In this document: positions 62,838-64,000 of the stretch, piece by piece
Position numbering within the stretch: position 1 is the stretch's first letter
How the letters are laid out: every line of letters starts with the position of its first letter
From: Bdellovibrionales bacterium
GTDB taxonomy: Bacteria; Bdellovibrionota; Bdellovibrionia; Bdellovibrionales; UBA1609
Direction: 5' to 3'
DNA: 64,000 nucleotides
NCBI GenBank assembly: GCA_965203095.1
Contig: OZ241877.1
Coordinates: 160,001 to 224,000, forward strand
Translations under genes and position numbers: made by a program
The notes under the pieces: model-generated
What the model saw: only the letters and a program-made list of their open reading frames with translations
What the model was told of the DNA's origin: nothing
The model's database searches: none

Positions 62838-63413
62838 ATGCCTATTTATGCTCCGGGGATCCGTAGAGGCCGATATGTCCAAAGCATGAAAAGGGATGTT
62901 GTGGCGGTTTTGCAGTTGACGGCTATGGTGGATATGTTCACGGTTTTGGTGGTTTTTCTTTTACAAAATTATGCAGTCACCAATCAAATTTTACCTATTT
63001 CTGAAAAGATTGAATTGCCTCAAGCCAAAGAGGTTAAGGAGTTAAAGCCCTCTCATGTGGTTGTGCTATCCGATGGAGTCGTCACATTAAACGAAGATGT
63101 TTTAGGCCCTTTAAGTGAGCAGACTTCGGATAGTGATTGGATCTTTCCTCCACTGCAAGAGAAGATGAGAGAACTGCTGGAGATATCAGCAAAAGGTGGC
63201 AGTAATTTTTTGTTGGCACAATTGAGAAACATTCAAAAAGATTCAGAAGGTGAAAATACAGTAAAAAGTGCTCCTTTCCGTGTGACGATTCAAGCGGATG
63301 AGAAAACCAACTTTTTAGAAATAAAAAAGATAATGTATACTTTAACAGATGCCGGAGTGAAAGAGATGAACTTTGCTGTAATTAAAAAACCAGACATCCC
63401 CAAAAAAGACTAA
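62838..63413 (+). CDS. ExbD/TolR family protein (AglS/AglQ-like)
   Basis: LQLTAMVDMFTVLVVFLL, IQADE...IKKIMYT. Confidence 0.9.
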   Translation: MPIYAPGIRRGRYVQSMKRDVVAVLQLTAMVDMFTVLVVFLLQNYAVTNQILPISEKIELPQAKEVKELKPSHVVVLSDGVVTLNEDVLGPLSEQTSDSDWIFPPLQEKMRELLEISAKGGSNFLLAQLRNIQKDSEGENTVKSAPFRVTIQADEKTNFLEIKKIMYTLTDAGVKEMNFAVIKKPDIPKKD

Positions 63414-63418
63414 CTCCT

Positions 63419-63530
63419 CATAGTTTTTGTATTTATTAAGCTCTTTAACTAAAAGACATACTTTTTGATCAAGGGATTTTTTCTTAGTGCTATATATTTT
63501 CTCAATTTCCACAATCCATTTTTTATATTG
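63419..63530 (-). pseudogene. ~110-bp fragment homologous to the restriction-endonuclease stub at 23457-23568
   Basis: QYKKWIVEIEKIYSTKKKSLDQKVCLLVKELNKYKNY vs QYKKWIMEIEKIYSIEKKSSDQKICLLVKELNKYKNY. Confidence 0.8.
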
Positions 63531-63784
63531 AGGATTACAGTTAAATTCATTAAAATTATACTGATTTTGTTTGAAAATTCCTGCCTCCTCTACTCTGTTT
63601 TGGCCGGAAAATTCATAAGTGATCAGTATAACTTGGGTTTTCATAAGCTCTTCAGGTATAAATACCCTTCTGGCTTTTATCTTGTGGTTTTACTCCAAAT
63701 TATTCCTCTATTTTCCTCTCTTTTTTAAAAAAAATTAATAAATATATTGACAAATGTCCATACATTATGTTATTTTTTTATAAA

Positions 63785-64000
63785 ATGAAGTTTGAGGGGT
63801 TTAACTGGGATGAGGGAAATATAAATAAATGCCGGAAACATGGGTTAAGCAAATCAGAAATAGAGTGTTTTTTTCTTCAAGAAAAAGTGCACTTGGCACC
63901 AGACATTAAACATTCTGATTTTGAAACCCGTTTTTTAGCTATCGGCAAAGGGCCAAAAGGCAAATTGATGATTGTGGCATTTACTTTTAGAAACTGGAAT
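63785..64000 (+). CDS. BrnT-family ribonuclease toxin (runs off the window end)
   Basis: MKFEGFNWDEGNINKCRKHGLS..EIE.FF.......D..HS..ETRFLAIG.....L.VAFTFR; TTGACA at 63747. Confidence 0.85.
   Translation, partial: MKFEGFNWDEGNINKCRKHGLSKSEIECFFLQEKVHLAPDIKHSDFETRFLAIGKGPKGKLMIVAFTFRNWN

Overview
Bacterial chromosomal window, most likely from an uncultured Bdellovibrionales-like organism. This is inferred from the Agl-Glt gliding/invasion operon, an S74-chaperone fibre protein and the RpoC N-terminus. Core content: rpoC(5' part)-rpoB-rplL-rplJ-rplA-rplK-nusG-secE, an FHA/sigma54 activator, valine-catabolism genes, gcvP, tRNA-Arg(ACG), tRNA-Ser(GCT), thiolase, ihfA-MerR, htpX, riboflavin synthase, tatD, gap and the gliding-motility operon. 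Accessory content is rich: (1) an IS1634-family element flanked by an exact-junction 1370-bp direct repeat that duplicates a whole secreted pentapeptide-repeat gene; (2) a dispersed family of long hairpin/MITE-like repeats with an invariant 27-nt core and covarying stems; (3) a methylase plus restriction-endonuclease stub cut by an IS3; (4) an array of secreted pentapeptide-repeat cassettes sharing promoter/leader/tail modules, several apparently leaderless; (5) a pilin-leader tail-fibre/S74 gene whose 5' end is out of frame at a 22-nt poly-G/C tract; (6) a four-copy-plus-stub mosaic array of secreted paralogs with a palindromic operator. A BrnT toxin gene runs off the right end. All calls are by eye, with no database searches.
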